A stretch of 64,000 nt of DNA, from contig NC_057719.1 in the NCBI RefSeq assembly GCF_004010195.1, forward strand, positions 94,469,674 to 94,533,673, written 5' to 3'. The notes below the pieces were generated by a model. The model saw nothing but the letters and a program-made list of their open reading frames with translations, ran no database searches and had not been told where the DNA came from. Origin of the DNA: Chiloscyllium plagiosum. Lineage: Eukaryota. Numbering within the stretch: the first letter of the stretch is position 1; each line of letters opens with the position of its first letter. Shown here in pieces: positions 1 to 13,662 of this stretch. A program made the position numbers and the translations under genes.

Positions 1-272
1 TCAAACTCAGCACCGCCTTCCTAACCTGCAATCTTCTTCCTGACCTCTCCGCCCCCACCCCACTCCGGCCTATCACCCTCACCTTGACCTCCTTCCACCT
101 ATTGCATTTCCAACGCCCCTCCCCCAAGTCCCTCCTCCATCCCTTTTATCTTAGCCTGCTGGGCACACTTTCCTCATTCCTGAAGAAGGGCTTATGCCTG
201 AAACGTCGATTCTCCTGTTCCTTGGATGCTGCCTGACCTGCTGCGCTTTTCCAGCAACACATTTCCAGCTCT
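1..272 (+). mobile_element. Penelope-like element 3' end (pLTR) with hammerhead motif at about 176-211
   Basis: C-rich pLTR followed by CTGAAGA-agggc-ttat-gcct-GAAACGTC and the tail shared by many copies in the window. Confidence 0.8.
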
Positions 273-1231
273 TTAACTTCTGTACCAGCCTCAACCTTCT
301 ATCTTGTCTCACTACTGCTTAGGGCCCCACCATCTCCCTCCCCCTGTCAGATAAGAGGAAAAGAAAACAATGTAAACTTGAGTGCTTCTTAAGCAAAGCT
401 CCCTGATGCTTCAGCAAGCTGCAAGGAAAACAGCTGCTGGAGAGAAACGTGTTGGAGCATGTAGGAATGGGACAATGCAAGGACAGTCTGACTGGAATGG
501 ATCAAGCAAGGAGCTAATAGATCATAGTAACTAGATCTCACTTCAGCAGTGAACACATTAGACCTGGCAGGGAGGTTAAAGCTCAATTGCAAAAAAAACA
601 GAAAATTGGAGCTTAGCTGGGGGACAGTAGTGCAGATGAAGGAGCTATGTGCCATTGTCATAATCTGTCTCCAAGTGAGTTGACTGATCTGGATATTTCC
701 ATTAAGTGTTGTTGTTGCCTCTAATAGTGTATTTTACCTGTTGCAACAATATTTGTTATTGTTCATAGCACTTATTGATTTACCCATGGATATAGGTGAC
801 ACGTGCTCAATAGCATTTATCACTCATCCCTAGTTTCCTTTGAGAAGCTTGTGTGCCTTCTTGAATTGCTACAACATTTAAATGGAATCTGGATTGGTAT
901 ATGAATAGGAAGGGTTTAGAGGGACATTGTCCAAATGCTGGCAAATCAGATTAGATCAGATTAGGATACCTGGTTGGTACGGATAAATTGGACTGAAGGG
1001 TCTGTTTTTGTGCTATATAATTCTATGACTAACAAAACCAGAAATTACTGGAAAATCTCAGCAGATCTGACGTATCTGTGATGAGCAATCAAAGTTAACT
1101 TTTTGGATTCAGTGACCCTTCTTCAGAACTCTTTGTCTCTATGTGGATTGAATTAGCTGAAGTCTGGCATCTGATATGTTGCAGATCTCTGTAGCAGGCA
1201 TAATTGTGAGAATAAGGTCAGGCATGTGTTT

Positions 1232-2066
1232 CATAGAAACTAGAATGTTACAATGCAGTACAGGCTCTTCAGCCCTCAATGTTGCGCCGACCTATGATTC
1301 CAATCTGAAGCCCAACTATCCTACATTATTCCATTTTCATCCATACGTCTATCCAATGACCATTTAAATGCCCTTAAAGTTGGTGAGGCTACTACTGTTG
1401 CAGGCAGTGCATTCCATGCCCCTACTACTCTCTGAGTAAAGAAACTACCTCTGACATCTGTCTTATATCTATTACCCCTCAATTTAAAACCATGTCCCCT
1501 CATGTTAGCCATCACCATCCAAGGTAAAAGGCTCTCACTATCCACCCTATCTGACCCTCTGATTATCTGAAATGTTTCAATTATGTCACCTCTCAACCTT
1601 CTTGTGTCGAATGAAAATAGCCTAAGTCCCTTGGCCTTTTCTCATAAGACCTTCCCACTATACCAGGCAACATCCTAGTAAATCTCCTCTGCACCCTTTC
1701 CAATGCTTCCACCTCCTTCCTATAATGGGGTGACCAGAACTGTACGCAATACTGCAAGTGTGGCCACATCAGAGTCTTGCACAGCTGCAGCATGACTTCG
1801 TGGCTCCGAAACTCGATCCTTCTACCAATAAAAGCTAACACACTATATGCCTTCTTAACAACCCTATCAACCTGGGTGGCAACTTTCAGGGATCTATGTA
1901 CCTGGACATAGAGATCTCTCTGCTCATCTGCACTACCAAGAATCTTACCATTACCCCAGTACTCTGCATTTCTGTTGCTTCTTCAATCACCCTCAATCTC
2001 ATGTCTCCGTATTTTGTGCAATAGCCTACCGCGGGGAACCTTATCAAATGCTTAACTGAAATTTCG
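1232..2066 (-). mobile_element. CR1 LINE 3' fragment with internal deletion
   Basis: Translates to the CR1 RT C-terminus (PHLQYCVQFWSPHY...ERVQRRFTRM...RGDIIETF...FFTQRVV). Same subfamily as 49948-52420. Confidence 0.9.
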
Positions 2067-2553
2067 TCTTGACACATAAGAAATGGCATCTATTACCGAT
2101 ACTGCTGCTAACATAGTGCGAGTGTTCCTCCATCAGAGTGTTTTGCCAGATGTGATATTTATTCAATTTCTCTTAACAAAATAACTTGTGTATGGCTACG
2201 GTTGTGCAATCACCTAGCTCTGTCTATCGCTTGCTGCTTATGCCGTTTGGCATGCAAGTAATCCTGCTTGGTACAGGTTGGGTTTAGAGTTAATGGGCTC
2301 AAAGACACCAAGTGGTGCGTGTTGGTGTTCTCTTCTCAGATGTTGCATTAGTTTGTTTTAAAGAGGTAGTGCCTTGTGTAATAATGGCTCTTTCAGTGGT
2401 TAAGAGTTTTTTGGGTTAGGAAGAATCGCTTGGGTTGGTTTACAGAAGGCGAGTGAGACAAAGCCTTTTGTTTTAGTGACAAGTTGAATTTGGGTTGCCT
2501 TTGTCCATGAGGAAAAGGGAGGTATTTGCAGTGGTAGGTCAGCACTTAAAATT

Positions 2554-2643
2554 CTGAAGAAGGGCTTATGCCCGAAACGTCGATTCTCCTGTTCCCTGGA
2601 TGCTGCCTGACCTGCTGTGCTTTTCCAGCAACACATTTCCAGC
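2554..2643 (+). mobile_element. Minimal PLE tail insertion starting exactly at the hammerhead core
   Basis: Begins CTGAAGAAGGGCTTATGCCCGAAACGTC. Flanked by the direct repeat cagcacttaaaatt (2540-2553 and 2640-2653). Confidence 0.85.
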
Positions 2644-4345
2644 ACTTAAAATTGCCAGGAATATAATCAGAATCATTGACAATGACTAAAATTCAAATGC
2701 AAATAAAGCAGCTTGAATTAGACAGCATCAAGATATTGAATTCATTCATAGTGAGTTTTGCAAGGGCAGGTTCTGGAAATTCATGTAGTTATGTATAATG
2801 ATCTTTTGTTGCATTACTTTTCCTGAACTTTACTTCATTTATCTCACCTGTCATTTCTGTTTTGCATCTTAAAGCAAATTGATTACGTTAGTTCAAAGTT
2901 ACCTGTGATGATTTGAAAGGAATCAAGTGTGGTCTTCACAGCTGCTGGTATTGAGGCACTTTTGTAAGAATTTGTTTTCAGATCAACTGGAAGTATCTAA
3001 TATAATAGTCACCAATTTATGAGTGAGTAAAGGCAATAAATCAGGTCCTCACTTATTTTTCTGGTGAGAGGGAAGTAAAGTGAACATTCCTTTTGAGCAG
3101 AAAATATAAGTATTTTCTGAAGAAAAGTCATAGAGCTGTAAAGCACGGAAACAGACCCTTTGGTCCAACTTGTTCATGCCGACCAGCTATCCTAAATTAA
3201 TCCAGTCCCATTTGCTAACATTTGGTCCATATCCCTTTAACCCCTTCCTACACATAAACCCAATCAGATGCCTTTTAAATATTATAAGAATAGTTGTAAT
3301 CTGTTCAAAACATTACCTATGTTTCTCTTTCAGAACTTTGTGCATTTTCAGCGCTTCCTGTTTTTGTGTTAGATTTCCAACTCTTGCAGTATTTGCTTTT
3401 ATTACACGTTTTCATGTTAGACTTTAATAGTTGTGTCGTAAGTGCTTGAAATCATACGATGTAGGGAATTGTCTAGGGAATGAAGTAAAATACTCAGGAT
3501 ACTTGGCTTCTGTTGAAAGCATATGATCCACAGGGATTTCACTATTCTTTTCTTTTCTCCCCTTTTCTCTGTGCAAACTAAAAATACTTGCATGGGAAAA
3601 CGACTTCAGTGCAGCAGATAATCAGAATAGATATTTCATATAAATAACAGCATATTGAGACATTTGCAAGGAGATATTTCTGAACAATATGTGGGAAATT
3701 GCTTTAGTAGTAATCATTTTCATATGAATGATTGTGTCTTTTGAGGATGACCTCTTACAAGGTTCTCATCTGTTTGGTATTTTGTAATCTAATTCATATT
3801 TTACAAGTATTTCTTTTAAAACAATGTTTCTTTTGAATAATACACCATTGAAATTGATGATGTTGCTTCAAAACCTGAATTGCATGTTATTTGTGTCATC
3901 AGTAATGGGAACAGCTACTTTCCAGGCTTTCATAAAAGGGTATTCAACTTCCCAGGATTTCCTCGATCAGGAACGGAGATTAATCTCTTAGGGACTATCA
4001 TAGAAAATTCAGAACAAATTTCATACGATCATTTAAAAAGGTGGTTCTAATTTGCATTTTTCTGAAACATTTTGTTGATTCAGTTAAAAACGAATACTGA
4101 GAGTTAGTGAAGCTTAGTGTTACAGGGAATGGGTGGTGTAGCTCTAACAACAGTGGCGTTAAAATTCCCATCTCTAATGTGAGACTTTTTTCTCACTGGC
4201 ATTTTTGAGAAGTTGGATACAGAATCATGTGTTGAAATCTCCAGCAATATCTGCTCCAGGGGTGTCAACTCTGTTTTATCGAAGTATTTGACAATACACA
4301 CAGATTTTTATTCAGTAAGGATGTTGAGTGTTTATTTTTCAACTA

Positions 4346-5812
4346 GGAGAAAGTGAGGACAGCAGATACTGGAGATCAGAGTCTAAGAGTGTGGTGGTAG
4401 AAAAGCACAGCCGGGCAGGCGGCATCCACGGAGCATGAAAATCGACGTTTCGGGCATAAGTCCTTCATCAGGAATGAGGCTTGTGGGTCAAGGGGACTGA
4501 GCGATAAATGGGAGGGGGGTGTGTGGGGAAGGTAGCTGGGAAGGCGATAGATTGATGAAGGTGCAGGTGAAGGTGATAGGTTGGAGAGGAGAGTGGAGCG
4601 GATATGTGGGAAGGAAGATGGGCAGATAGGACAGTTCAAGAGGGTAGTTGAAACTTTATTGCTGGAACAGCACAGCAGGTCAGGCAGCATCCAGGGAACA
4701 GGAGATTCGACGTTTCGGGCACAGGCCCTGAAGAAGGGCCTGTGCCCGAAACGTCGAATCTCCTGTTCCCTGGATGCTGCCTGACCTGCTGTGCTGTTCC
4801 AGCAATAAAGTTTCAACTTTGATCTCCAGCATCTGCAGACCTCACTTTCTCCTCAAGAGGGTAGTGCCAAGTTGGAAGGTTGGAACTGGGATGTGGTGGG
4901 AGGAGAGGAAATGAGGAAACTGATGCAATCCACATTGATCCTGTGTGTTTGGAGGGTCCCAAGGCAGAAGATGAGACATTTTCCCTCCAGACATCGGGTG
5001 GTTAGGGTTTGGCGATGGAGAAGGCCCAATACTTACTTGCCCTTGGCGGAGTGGGAAGGGGAGTTAAAGCGTTCAACTACAGGGTGGTGGGGTTGGTTAC
5101 TGTGGGTGTCCCAGATATGTTCTCTGAAATGATCCGCAAGTTGGTGTCCTGTCTCCCCAATGTAGAAGAGACCACATCAGGTGCAACGGATACAGTAGAT
5201 GACACTTGTGGGAGTACAGGAAAATTTCTGTTGGATATGGAAGGATCCTTTGGGGCCTTGGACGGAAGTGAGGGGGGAGGTGTGGGCACAGGTTTTCCCC
5301 ACACGAACCAACCCCATTGCCCTGTGGCTGAACACTTTAACTCCCCCTCTCACTCCACCAAGGACATGCAGGTCTTGGGCCTCCTCTATTGACAAATCCT
5401 AATCATTTGATGCCTGGAGGGAGAACGCCTCATCGTCTGCCTTGGGACCCTACAACCATATGGGATCAATGTGGATTTCAACAGTTTCCTCATTTCTCCT
5501 TCCCTCACCACATCCCAGTCCCAACCTTCCAGCTTAGCACCGCCCTCTTGAACAGTCCTACCTGTCCATCTTCCTTCCCACCTATCTGCTCCATCCTCCT
5601 CTCTTACCTAACACTTTTACCCCCACCTTCATCTACCTATCGCCTTCCTAGCTACCTTCCCCCAACCCCACCCCTCTCCCAATTTATTTGACAGTCACCT
5701 AGGCCCACAAGCCTCATTCCTGATGAAGGGCTTTATGTTCGAAATGTTGATTCTCCTGCTCCTCAGATGCTGCCTGACCAGCTGTGCTTTTCCAGCACCA
5801 CACTCTTCGACT
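4346..5812 (-). mobile_element. Penelope-like element (Neptune-like), 3' part with GIY-YIG endonuclease remnant and an inverted arm
   Basis: Minus-strand translation QGPKGSFHIQQKFSCTPTSVIYCIRC...YIGET. The pLTR is present on - at 4346-4640 and inverted on + at about 5300-5812. Confidence 0.85.
4646..4852 (+). mobile_element. Young fold-back PLE mini-element nested in the PLE above
   Basis: Perfect 84-bp inverted arms (4646-4729 and 4735-4818) with a 5-nt loop GAAGA. 13-bp direct repeat tcaagagggtagt at 4636-4648 and 4853-4865. Confidence 0.9.
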
Positions 5813-6720
5813 GTTTATTTTTCAAAGGCAAGTAAATGGAATTAAGATATGAATTGATATGATCTAATTGAATGGTAGAATCAGCTTTGTGAGCAACTGC
5901 TGTTCTATTGTTGTACAGAATTGGTTGAAATCAAATGTTAATATAAGCCACCTTTTCACATCATGTATACTATAGCCAACTTAAAAATCTCTCTCTAATT
6001 AAAAACAGGGTGTATTGAAGAAACTCAGGCAGTCTAGCAGCATCTGTGGAGAGAAAACAGAGTTAATGTGCAAAATTCAGTTTTGACTGCTGTGTTGCAG
6101 AGAATGTCTGATCATTGGAAAATCCTGACTGACATAAGGATGTATTTCACTCGTATATTTATCAATTTACCACCACTTTGTAGCTAATGAAGTAAATCAC
6201 TGAAAACAGCAAAAAAAGTACTTGTTCACTTTTTTTTTCGTTTTAGCATTTTGCCAGTAAATGTATGTATGTATACAGATGTATACACACCATTCAAATA
6301 GAAACATATTGTGAAAAGAAATTCTCTTTCAGCAGGAAATAAGTGACAGAATGTATGCATTCTATTTCATTAGCTGTTAGAGCTGTAATTGGCAAACTGA
6401 GAGCGACCACAGATTGGAAGCAATTCATTGCTAATTTGATTTGGTGTTTACTTGACAGTACTTGGACTTTGTGACCTTGAAGGAGAAAGAAATCTAACGG
6501 ATGTAGCAGAATAATTCTAAACAGTATATGCCTACAAAATTTAGGTCTTATAGAATTGAGTAATGAATAATGTCTGAGGAGATTGGCAAATGTCATTATG
6601 GTTATGGCATCATTATTCACTGACTGTTTTTGAATTGTTTGCTGTTAAATTTATCAACTTGTTTGAGTTTTACCTGCAGAACATTAGGTTAAATTTAGTA
6701 TTCATATGTTGTCTTGACAG

Positions 6721-6816
6721 ATTTGTCTGCAGCAGTTCAGAGGTTTTCACAGTCATTGCAGGATTTTCAATTTGAGTGCATTGGTGATGCAGAGACTGAT
6801 GATGAAATTAATATTG
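6721..6816 (+). CDS. ARHGAP42: Internal coding exon (BAR domain) of a GRAF-family RhoGAP, best match ARHGAP42 (coding exon 2 equivalent)
   Basis: ttgacAG acceptor and GTaagt donor, 96 nt, phase 1/1. Translates (x)[31 protein letters not shown], matching recalled ARHGAP42 [31 protein letters not shown]. 96 nt is the recalled conserved exon size in the GRAF/OPHN1 family. OPHN1 is not fully excluded. Confidence 0.9.
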
Positions 6817-7429
6817 GTAAGTCTTGACCTTTTTAAAAAAAAACTTTCGTTCTGGAACAGCACTTCTGTACTTCTCTTTAGTGTGTGCTAATTTTATATG
6901 CCAAGTCCCCCATGTATTATTCTGAATAGATGTCCCTCTAAATTCCTGGTTTATATATGCTCATGCTACAGCTACTGTGAATTGGCCTAAAAATAATTCC
7001 CGGTGTTGTCTCTCTCTTGCTGTTTCCTAGCCCCATTTAAACTAAGTTTATGTCTTGTTTTTCTGCACTAAGATCCTTTCTCTCCACTGCCTTTATCCCA
7101 AACCTTTATTAGGTGAGCTATCCCTCCTCCTTTTTTTGAATATTTATTTTTGCTATGTCACCTTGGTCACTAATGTCTCTTTTTGACCTCTTCTAGTTAC
7201 ATTTACCCAAAATACTGTGCAATTCTTTATAGAATTATCTTTGCTGCTTTTGAATGTTTCTGATTCATCTCAGCTATTGTCTCTTATAGCTAAAAGGCCT
7301 TTCTATTACAATAGCTATTACATTCACCAAGCCACTGGCCACAGCCTTGTTTAAATGGAGCTTTACCCAGTTAAAAAACCTTTTTGCCCCCAATTACTGC
7401 TGTCTAAGGCCTATGAAACTAAATAAAAC

Positions 7430-7682
7430 TTAAAATAACTGTGGATGCTGTAAATCAGAAACAAAAATAGAAGTTACTGGAAAAGCTCAGCAGGTCCAGC
7501 AGCATTTCTCTGAAGAGAAATCAATGTTAATGTTTCAGGTCTGGTGACCCTTCCTCTGGTGACCCTAACTCCAAACTGCAGGGTTCTGAGGAAGGGTCAC
7601 CAGATCCAAAACATTAACTCTGATTTCTCTCCACAGTTGCTGCCAGACCTGCTGAGCTTTTCCAGCAACTTCTGTTTTTGTT
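7430..7682. mobile_element. Fold-back PLE mini-element, second family (CTGAGGA-agggtc motif)
   Basis: Inverted arms ctggaaaagctcagcagg.../...cctgctgagcttttccagc around a degenerate hammerhead motif at about 7586-7620. Related copies lie at 1030-1130, 6000-6070, 26580-26710, 30195-30615 and 34029-34128. Confidence 0.7.
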
Positions 7683-8499
7683 GCCTATGAAACTAAGCCT
7701 TGTCGTCTCTCTCCCCACACATCACTTTTCTGGTCAAGCATTCTTTGTTGAAGTGGGGCTGCTTTTTAACTTGAACAATAGTTCCTCAAACTCTGTCAGC
7801 ACAATGCCATTTCTGGTTCTGTATATATTGTTGGTCAACAATGACAGGATCCTCTCTGTCCCACTTCCAGCCATGAGGAGAAGTTTTCAACCCTGGGATC
7901 AAGCAGCAATCATGATTGTTGGTATTTATGACTGCGTCTTCACTGAATGCTATCTAATCGTTAATTTCACTGTACCTTGTACTGTTATTGAACCTTATAT
8001 TTATTAGTCAAAGTCAAGTGCTGAGGTACCTCTGTCATTGCTTTCTGGATCCCAAAACCTGCTTGGCAAATAATCCCGTCCCCCACCATTGATCAGAATT
8101 CGAAAGTTCTGCTTAACTAAATGCTGTGGCTGCCTCCAGTAAAATATTCTGGTAACTCAACCCAATAACTGAGTTGAAGGTCTTTGAATTGCAGACACTT
8201 AACACAAGTGTGAACCGTCCAGGATCACCATGTTCTGACAAACTCCGAGAGTGCTCTTTCATTTCCTTTTCAATATCTGAATAATCAGATTTAAAATCAC
8301 TGAAAATTACTTTTTATGAAAAAGACCTTTTATGAACCATTTCATTGGGTGGAGTTATACAATATTTTAGCAAAGATTAATTGATATGAAAAAGTTTTAA
8401 AAGCATGGCCTAATGTCAGTTAAGAAAAGAGTCAGAGAGAGTGAGATTAAGAAACCTGAGTTTAATAATGAATGGGTAAAGTTGCATCTTCGAAATGGC

Positions 8500-9600
8500 A
8501 AGAGAACTTGACCCTGTCGAGTGCTCCTCCTGCAATACATGGGAAATCAGGAACACTTCCAGTCTCCATATTGACCAGGTATGCAGCAAGTGTGTTTAGC
8601 TGCAGTTTCTGATTTGCCACATTGAGTGCCTGGATCTGTTGATGGACTCACTATGGAGCATCCATGAGGCTGAGCGTCATGGATAGCACATCTAGTGATC
8701 TGGCCACAACACCAGTAAGGGCTACACTGATCAGAAGAATTGGGTGACCACCAGGAAGATTAGTAAGCCTGAGCAGGCAGTGCAGGAGCTCCTGTGACCA
8801 TTCCTGTCTCAAACAGGGATACGATGTTGGGTAGTTGGTTGGGCAGTGGTTTGGGGTGGGGGGGGGGGGGGGGGGATGATGGCCGCTCAGGCAAAAGCAG
8901 CAGCCAGATCAGTGGCACCATGGCTGGCACAGTTGTACAGCAGGTAGGGTTGATGCTTAGGCGAGCAGTAGTGATAGGGGACTCTACAGTCAGGGGCACA
9001 AAAAGGCATTTCTATGGCTGTGAGTGAGACTTCAAGAAAACATGTTGCATCCCCACTGCCAGGGTCAAGGATGTCTCTGAGCAGGCACAAGATATTCTGT
9101 TAAGGGGGAGAGTGAGCAGCCAGAGGTCTTGGTCCATATTGGTACCAATGACATAAGCTGAAAGACAGCTGAGGTCCTGCAAAGGGACTTCAGGGAGTTC
9201 GGTAGGAAGTTGAAAAGCAGGATTCCTAGCGTTGTAATCTCAAGATTACCCCCTGTGCCAAGCATTAGTGAGGCTCAGAATAGGAAGATAGTAGTTAAAT
9301 AGGGAGCTAAAGAGCTGGTGTAGGAGGCAGGATGTCTGATCTATAGATCGTTGGGAAGTTTTCTGGGAAAGTGGGACCAGTTCAAGAAGGACTACAACTG
9401 GAAAGGCACCAATATTCAGGCAGGGTGGTTTGCTGGCCAAAGATTCAGACACTAAGGCTAGAAAGACCAAGAGGAAGGATAGACAGGGAAAGATTATTGG
9501 ACAAAGTGAGGCTGATGGTCTGAGATGTATTTGTTCTAATGCAAGGAGTATGACAGGCAAGGCAGCTGAATTTAGAACTTGGATTAGTACAAAATAAGTG
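8500..9600 (+). mobile_element. CR1 LINE ORF1 (SGNH esterase-like) remnant and start of ORF2
   Basis: Motifs RAVVIGDSTVRGT and VHIGTND, followed by CICSNARSM (start of the endonuclease). Contains multiple frameshifts. Confidence 0.8.
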
Positions 9601-9894
9601 CAATTTTCAGAACATTTTTGATCTACCAGAATCATTCAACTTGATCTCAAGATGTGGGTAATTTTATTGGCAATCTCTGATATGATCAGTTGAATCCTAT
9701 GCCATGAGTGTCATCATCATGAAGTGTATCTACCACATGGTCAGTGAACTATCAGTTAATGGAGTTTGTGTAGCTAGCTCCTTTTTAATTTGTCATGATT
9801 CAAGCTAGTTGCAGACCAACATGTTAAGCTCCGTCAGAACAGGTTAAAGGTTAATTGCAAGTTGCTACTGAAGGTCTCCTTAAGGATTAACAGT

Positions 9895-10310
9895 TGATTG
9901 TTTTCCTTGAGGTAGGGGAGATTAAGAGGGGGCATAATTGAGATGCATAAAATTGAGAGGTATAGGTAAGATAGAAAGGAGGAAACTTTTCCTCTTGATG
10001 GAGGAATCAATGAACAGGGACGTAGATTTAACACAGGAGCCGGAGGTTTAGAATGGATGTGAGGGAAAACGTTTCACCCAGACAATGATCGGAAACTGGA
10101 ATTCACTGACTGTCAGGATGGTAGAGGCAGAAACCCGCGTCATAGTGAAGAAGTATTTAAATGTACATTTGCAATGCCTGGGCATACAAGGCTATGGACC
10201 AAATGATGGAAAATAGGATTAAAAGAGTTAGGTGCTTGTTTTTGAGTGGCACAGACCCAATGAGCTGAAGGGACCTTCTCCTGTGCTGTAGACTTCTATG
10301 ATTCTAAAGT
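9895..10310 (+). mobile_element. CR1 LINE 3' end
   Basis: RT C-terminal remnant, then the ctgtgctgtagacttctatgattct tail. Confidence 0.75.
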
Positions 10311-12365
10311 CTGATCAAGTCCCTTTGGTATGCTGTTGGGGCTCATTGGGTTTCATTTTCTTGGGCTGGAGGGAATAAATTAATAATTGAAGCCAATCCT
10401 GGCAGCTAGGATGGCTTCTGCAGTTGGATAGTTAGTCTTTTCTTGTACAGTTAGTCCAGCAGGGCAGCAGATCTTGGGAGAGGGAAAGGATTCCTGGCTT
10501 CTGGCCCTGAATAGATAGTCACTTTAAAGCACAGTGTTTCAAGATGGTTCTCTGTTTCTCTCTTCCTCACTGTCTCTGCTTGAAGAGCTATGTTCCGCTA
10601 AATGGTTCAAGATGGAATGTCTCTTTCTCTGAGCGACTTGCTTTTATAATCATGCTTTGCAAGCAAGTTAAGAGGACCACCATTACCTGGTGATTTGTAA
10701 TTAAAAAAAACTAAATTACATCACATGTAAGGATTGGCATTTTGGAGACAGCTCAACTCCCACATGCAGTTCTTAGGTTGCGTTCTGGTCATATTAAATG
10801 CTCATAGTAAATCATCAAAGAATGTTGTTAACTTCTGAATGAGAGTTTTCACACAAGTTAGCTATGTCTATCTGTAATATACGTAGAACTGGCAATGGTA
10901 TATATTCAAGTGACTTGTAGCAGCCAAACATTCAGCTTCTTGCCCAGTTGCAGTCAGCTTATTCTCTTTTTACAAAGAGCAGTAGCTTTTAACAGTTTTT
11001 CTCCCCAAAAAAAGAAATTGGACCTTGATGATGATTGTCAGTAGTTTGGCTGCAAATTCATTTGTGCTTACAATTGACCAATCTTATGAGCTGGTTTAGT
11101 CAATTCTGTTCCGATTCTACTGATGTTACTAGCAGAAATGACTGGATATGATTCCTTCCCAACACCCCATACTTATTTTTATAATAGATAAGGCTATTAA
11201 TGTTTGTCAGAGAAAAGACCTGGATAGCAGGAGAAAGGACTTCAGCCAGAGAAAATATTGAATACGATTATTTCAAAATGAAAATTTATGTGAAACTGAT
11301 GTCAAAATTTAATGATCTACTGACATTGTTAATAACAGCTCATTGTTTTTACAAGTGTAAACAAAAGCTTTAATATTAACAGTTCTTGAAACCTATTAAA
11401 ATTAGCTGGTTTTCTCAGAAGAAATATTTCCAAAGCAGTCTAAAATGGATGGTAGACCAGGAAATATCAAATTGAATACCAGAAACTAAATTATCATAAA
11501 TGAAACAAATTCTGCAAATTTCTATGTTTGCTGTCTTTGACAAAAAGTCCACCAAAACGAGCTTGATTGAGGAAAAAACACAAAAAGATACGTGTGATAG
11601 AAGTGGACTGTTACCTTGTGATAAAAGTCCTCCAGCAACTTGGTGTTGCAGTTTGATATAATTCAGTTATTTTATGAAGGCAACTAAGTATTCACTTCTC
11701 TGAACCTATTTATCATTTTGGGCGTTGAGACAGTGCCCAAAGGAAACTATTGTGTGTGCTAACAGATGTAATAGTGAAAAGATAAATCTTAAGAATAAAG
11801 AGACAGGATATGTTCACCCTTATTTAAGAGCTGGAAATACAGGAGTTCTCTGTTTATTATTTTGTAATGTTACTGATTGCTTGGTGAAACTGTTCCCCAA
11901 TAATCTATTATAATTCAAATTTGTATTTAGCTTTATCCATGCTATAAATCTCACTTAGACTATAGTGCTGAACATGAAGAGTTAAGATTGGATTCCTTAG
12001 AGGTTTAGTCATAGGCTTTCTGATTTTTGATTTTCTCACAGCCAGGTATTTGAGGAAGGTGGCATACAAACATATGCTACCTCCATATTTCTCTTATTTG
12101 AGCATGCAGTTCAATGATGAATGCTATGCTGGCTGCCCGCCCACTTGAAAGGGAGCACAGAAGTGTGTTTCAACTCGCCTGCACATCTTAACTGCAATCT
12201 TTCCCACATAGCACATTGTGCCTTAGAAAGAGATTGCTGTTTATTATGCAGGAGTTTACAGAAAAGAAAAGAACAACAAATGTTGCAACAATTTAAGCAG
12301 ACCAGACAAGAGCGAGGTGTCTACCATTGCACTAGGAATCCAGAACCCTATCTTAATGTTCCACA

Positions 12366-12578
12366 TAGGTTTGAATCCCACCTTGGCAGATGGTGAGATT
12401 TTAATTCAATAAACAGCTGGGATAAAGAGCTAGCCTAATGGCGACCAAATAACAACTGTTTATATCACAAAAACCCATGTGACTCCAGACCCACAGCAAT
12501 GTAATTGACTGTTCTAGGCAATTGAGGTGGACAATAAATGCTGGCCTAATGATGCTCACATCCTATGTCTGGATTTAA
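12366..12578 (+). mobile_element. Degenerate tRNA-derived SINE (SacSINE1/DeuSINE-like)
   Basis: B-box ggtttgaatccc and tail caataaatgctggcc...ctcacatcc, the same tail seen at 43000-43060 and 61200-61260. Confidence 0.55.
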
Positions 12579-12769
12579 AAGTGATACAAACAGAGTTAGA
12601 TGTTTGGTGCATTAGCAGGCAAAAATGCTGGAGAAATCAGGCTCCAGATTATCGCAGGGTATTGAACAGAGCTGGGATCCAATCTTTCATAGCAGAGAAA
12701 TAAATTAAAATCTGAAATATATAGATAATAAGAGTTAAGTAAAACATTGTTGTTAACTTTCCTTTAAAG

Positions 12770-13662
12770 TGATGTTAGCCCTATTAAATTGGTAAATTAT
12801 ACAAATATATGGATCTTTGAATTACATTGGTTGATTTAATCCCTGAGACTTCCATGGAATGGTTTAAAAAGCAACCAGAACACAAGACAAACCAAACAAA
12901 TGACTATTGAGATCACCTGGTGGAGAGGTTAGACAACAAATTAGCCAAATTTCATGAAATCAACTTGGATTAAAGACTGTCTAAAATGAAATTAACATTT
13001 TACCAAAAGAAGTTAGTCAGCCAGGTTCCCTTGAGAAATAGGAAAAGTCTTCTCCTGTTTAGTGTACAGAATTGAGAATCTTTACATGTTGGAGATGTAA
13101 CATCCCTACAATTATCAATCTTGAAAATATAATCCTGATTTATGCAGACAGGCTATCATTTCAAGGAACTTTTTTGGCAGATTAGAGGAGATGGAACATA
13201 GAATGTAAGCATAGACTGATAAGGCTGCCTGTCTCTCTCAAGAGGAAAATGCAAATTAGACAGCATTGATTAGAAAGCAGAGTGCATTATTAGCAACTTC
13301 TGATTGCCCAAGAAGCCAACTAAACAATTGCTATTTCAACTAAAAACCTTATGCCTCAAGGATAATGAAAAGACATTAAGTTATATCTTTTACCTTTCTT
13401 CATACTGTACACTTTCCCCTTTTGACTTTGTGTGTGTTTATGTGTGGATCCAAGTGAATACACAAAGCTGTATGCTTGACAATATATTTTTATAATTTTT
13501 CTCAGGATTAGCAGGTAACAAAGTTGTTGTAAAATAGTTAATCACACATTATTTGGAGAAATATAAAGCTTTCGGCTAAAAATAACTTAACCTTCATTGT
13601 AACTCAGCAAGGAGGTGAGAGAAAAGGGAGCAGGTTCATCCCCTCTCACCTGGTTGTAAACA
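12770..13662 (+). mobile_element. Putative solo LTR
   Basis: Begins TG and ends ...cctctcacctggttgtaaaCA, with composition like the other solo LTRs here. No clear target-site duplication (TSD). Confidence 0.35.

Noticed and set aside
8853..8876. Long G-run (also 48494-48512) as a functional G-quadruplex
   Set aside because: These are homopolymer expansions inside decayed CR1 copies, with no further support.
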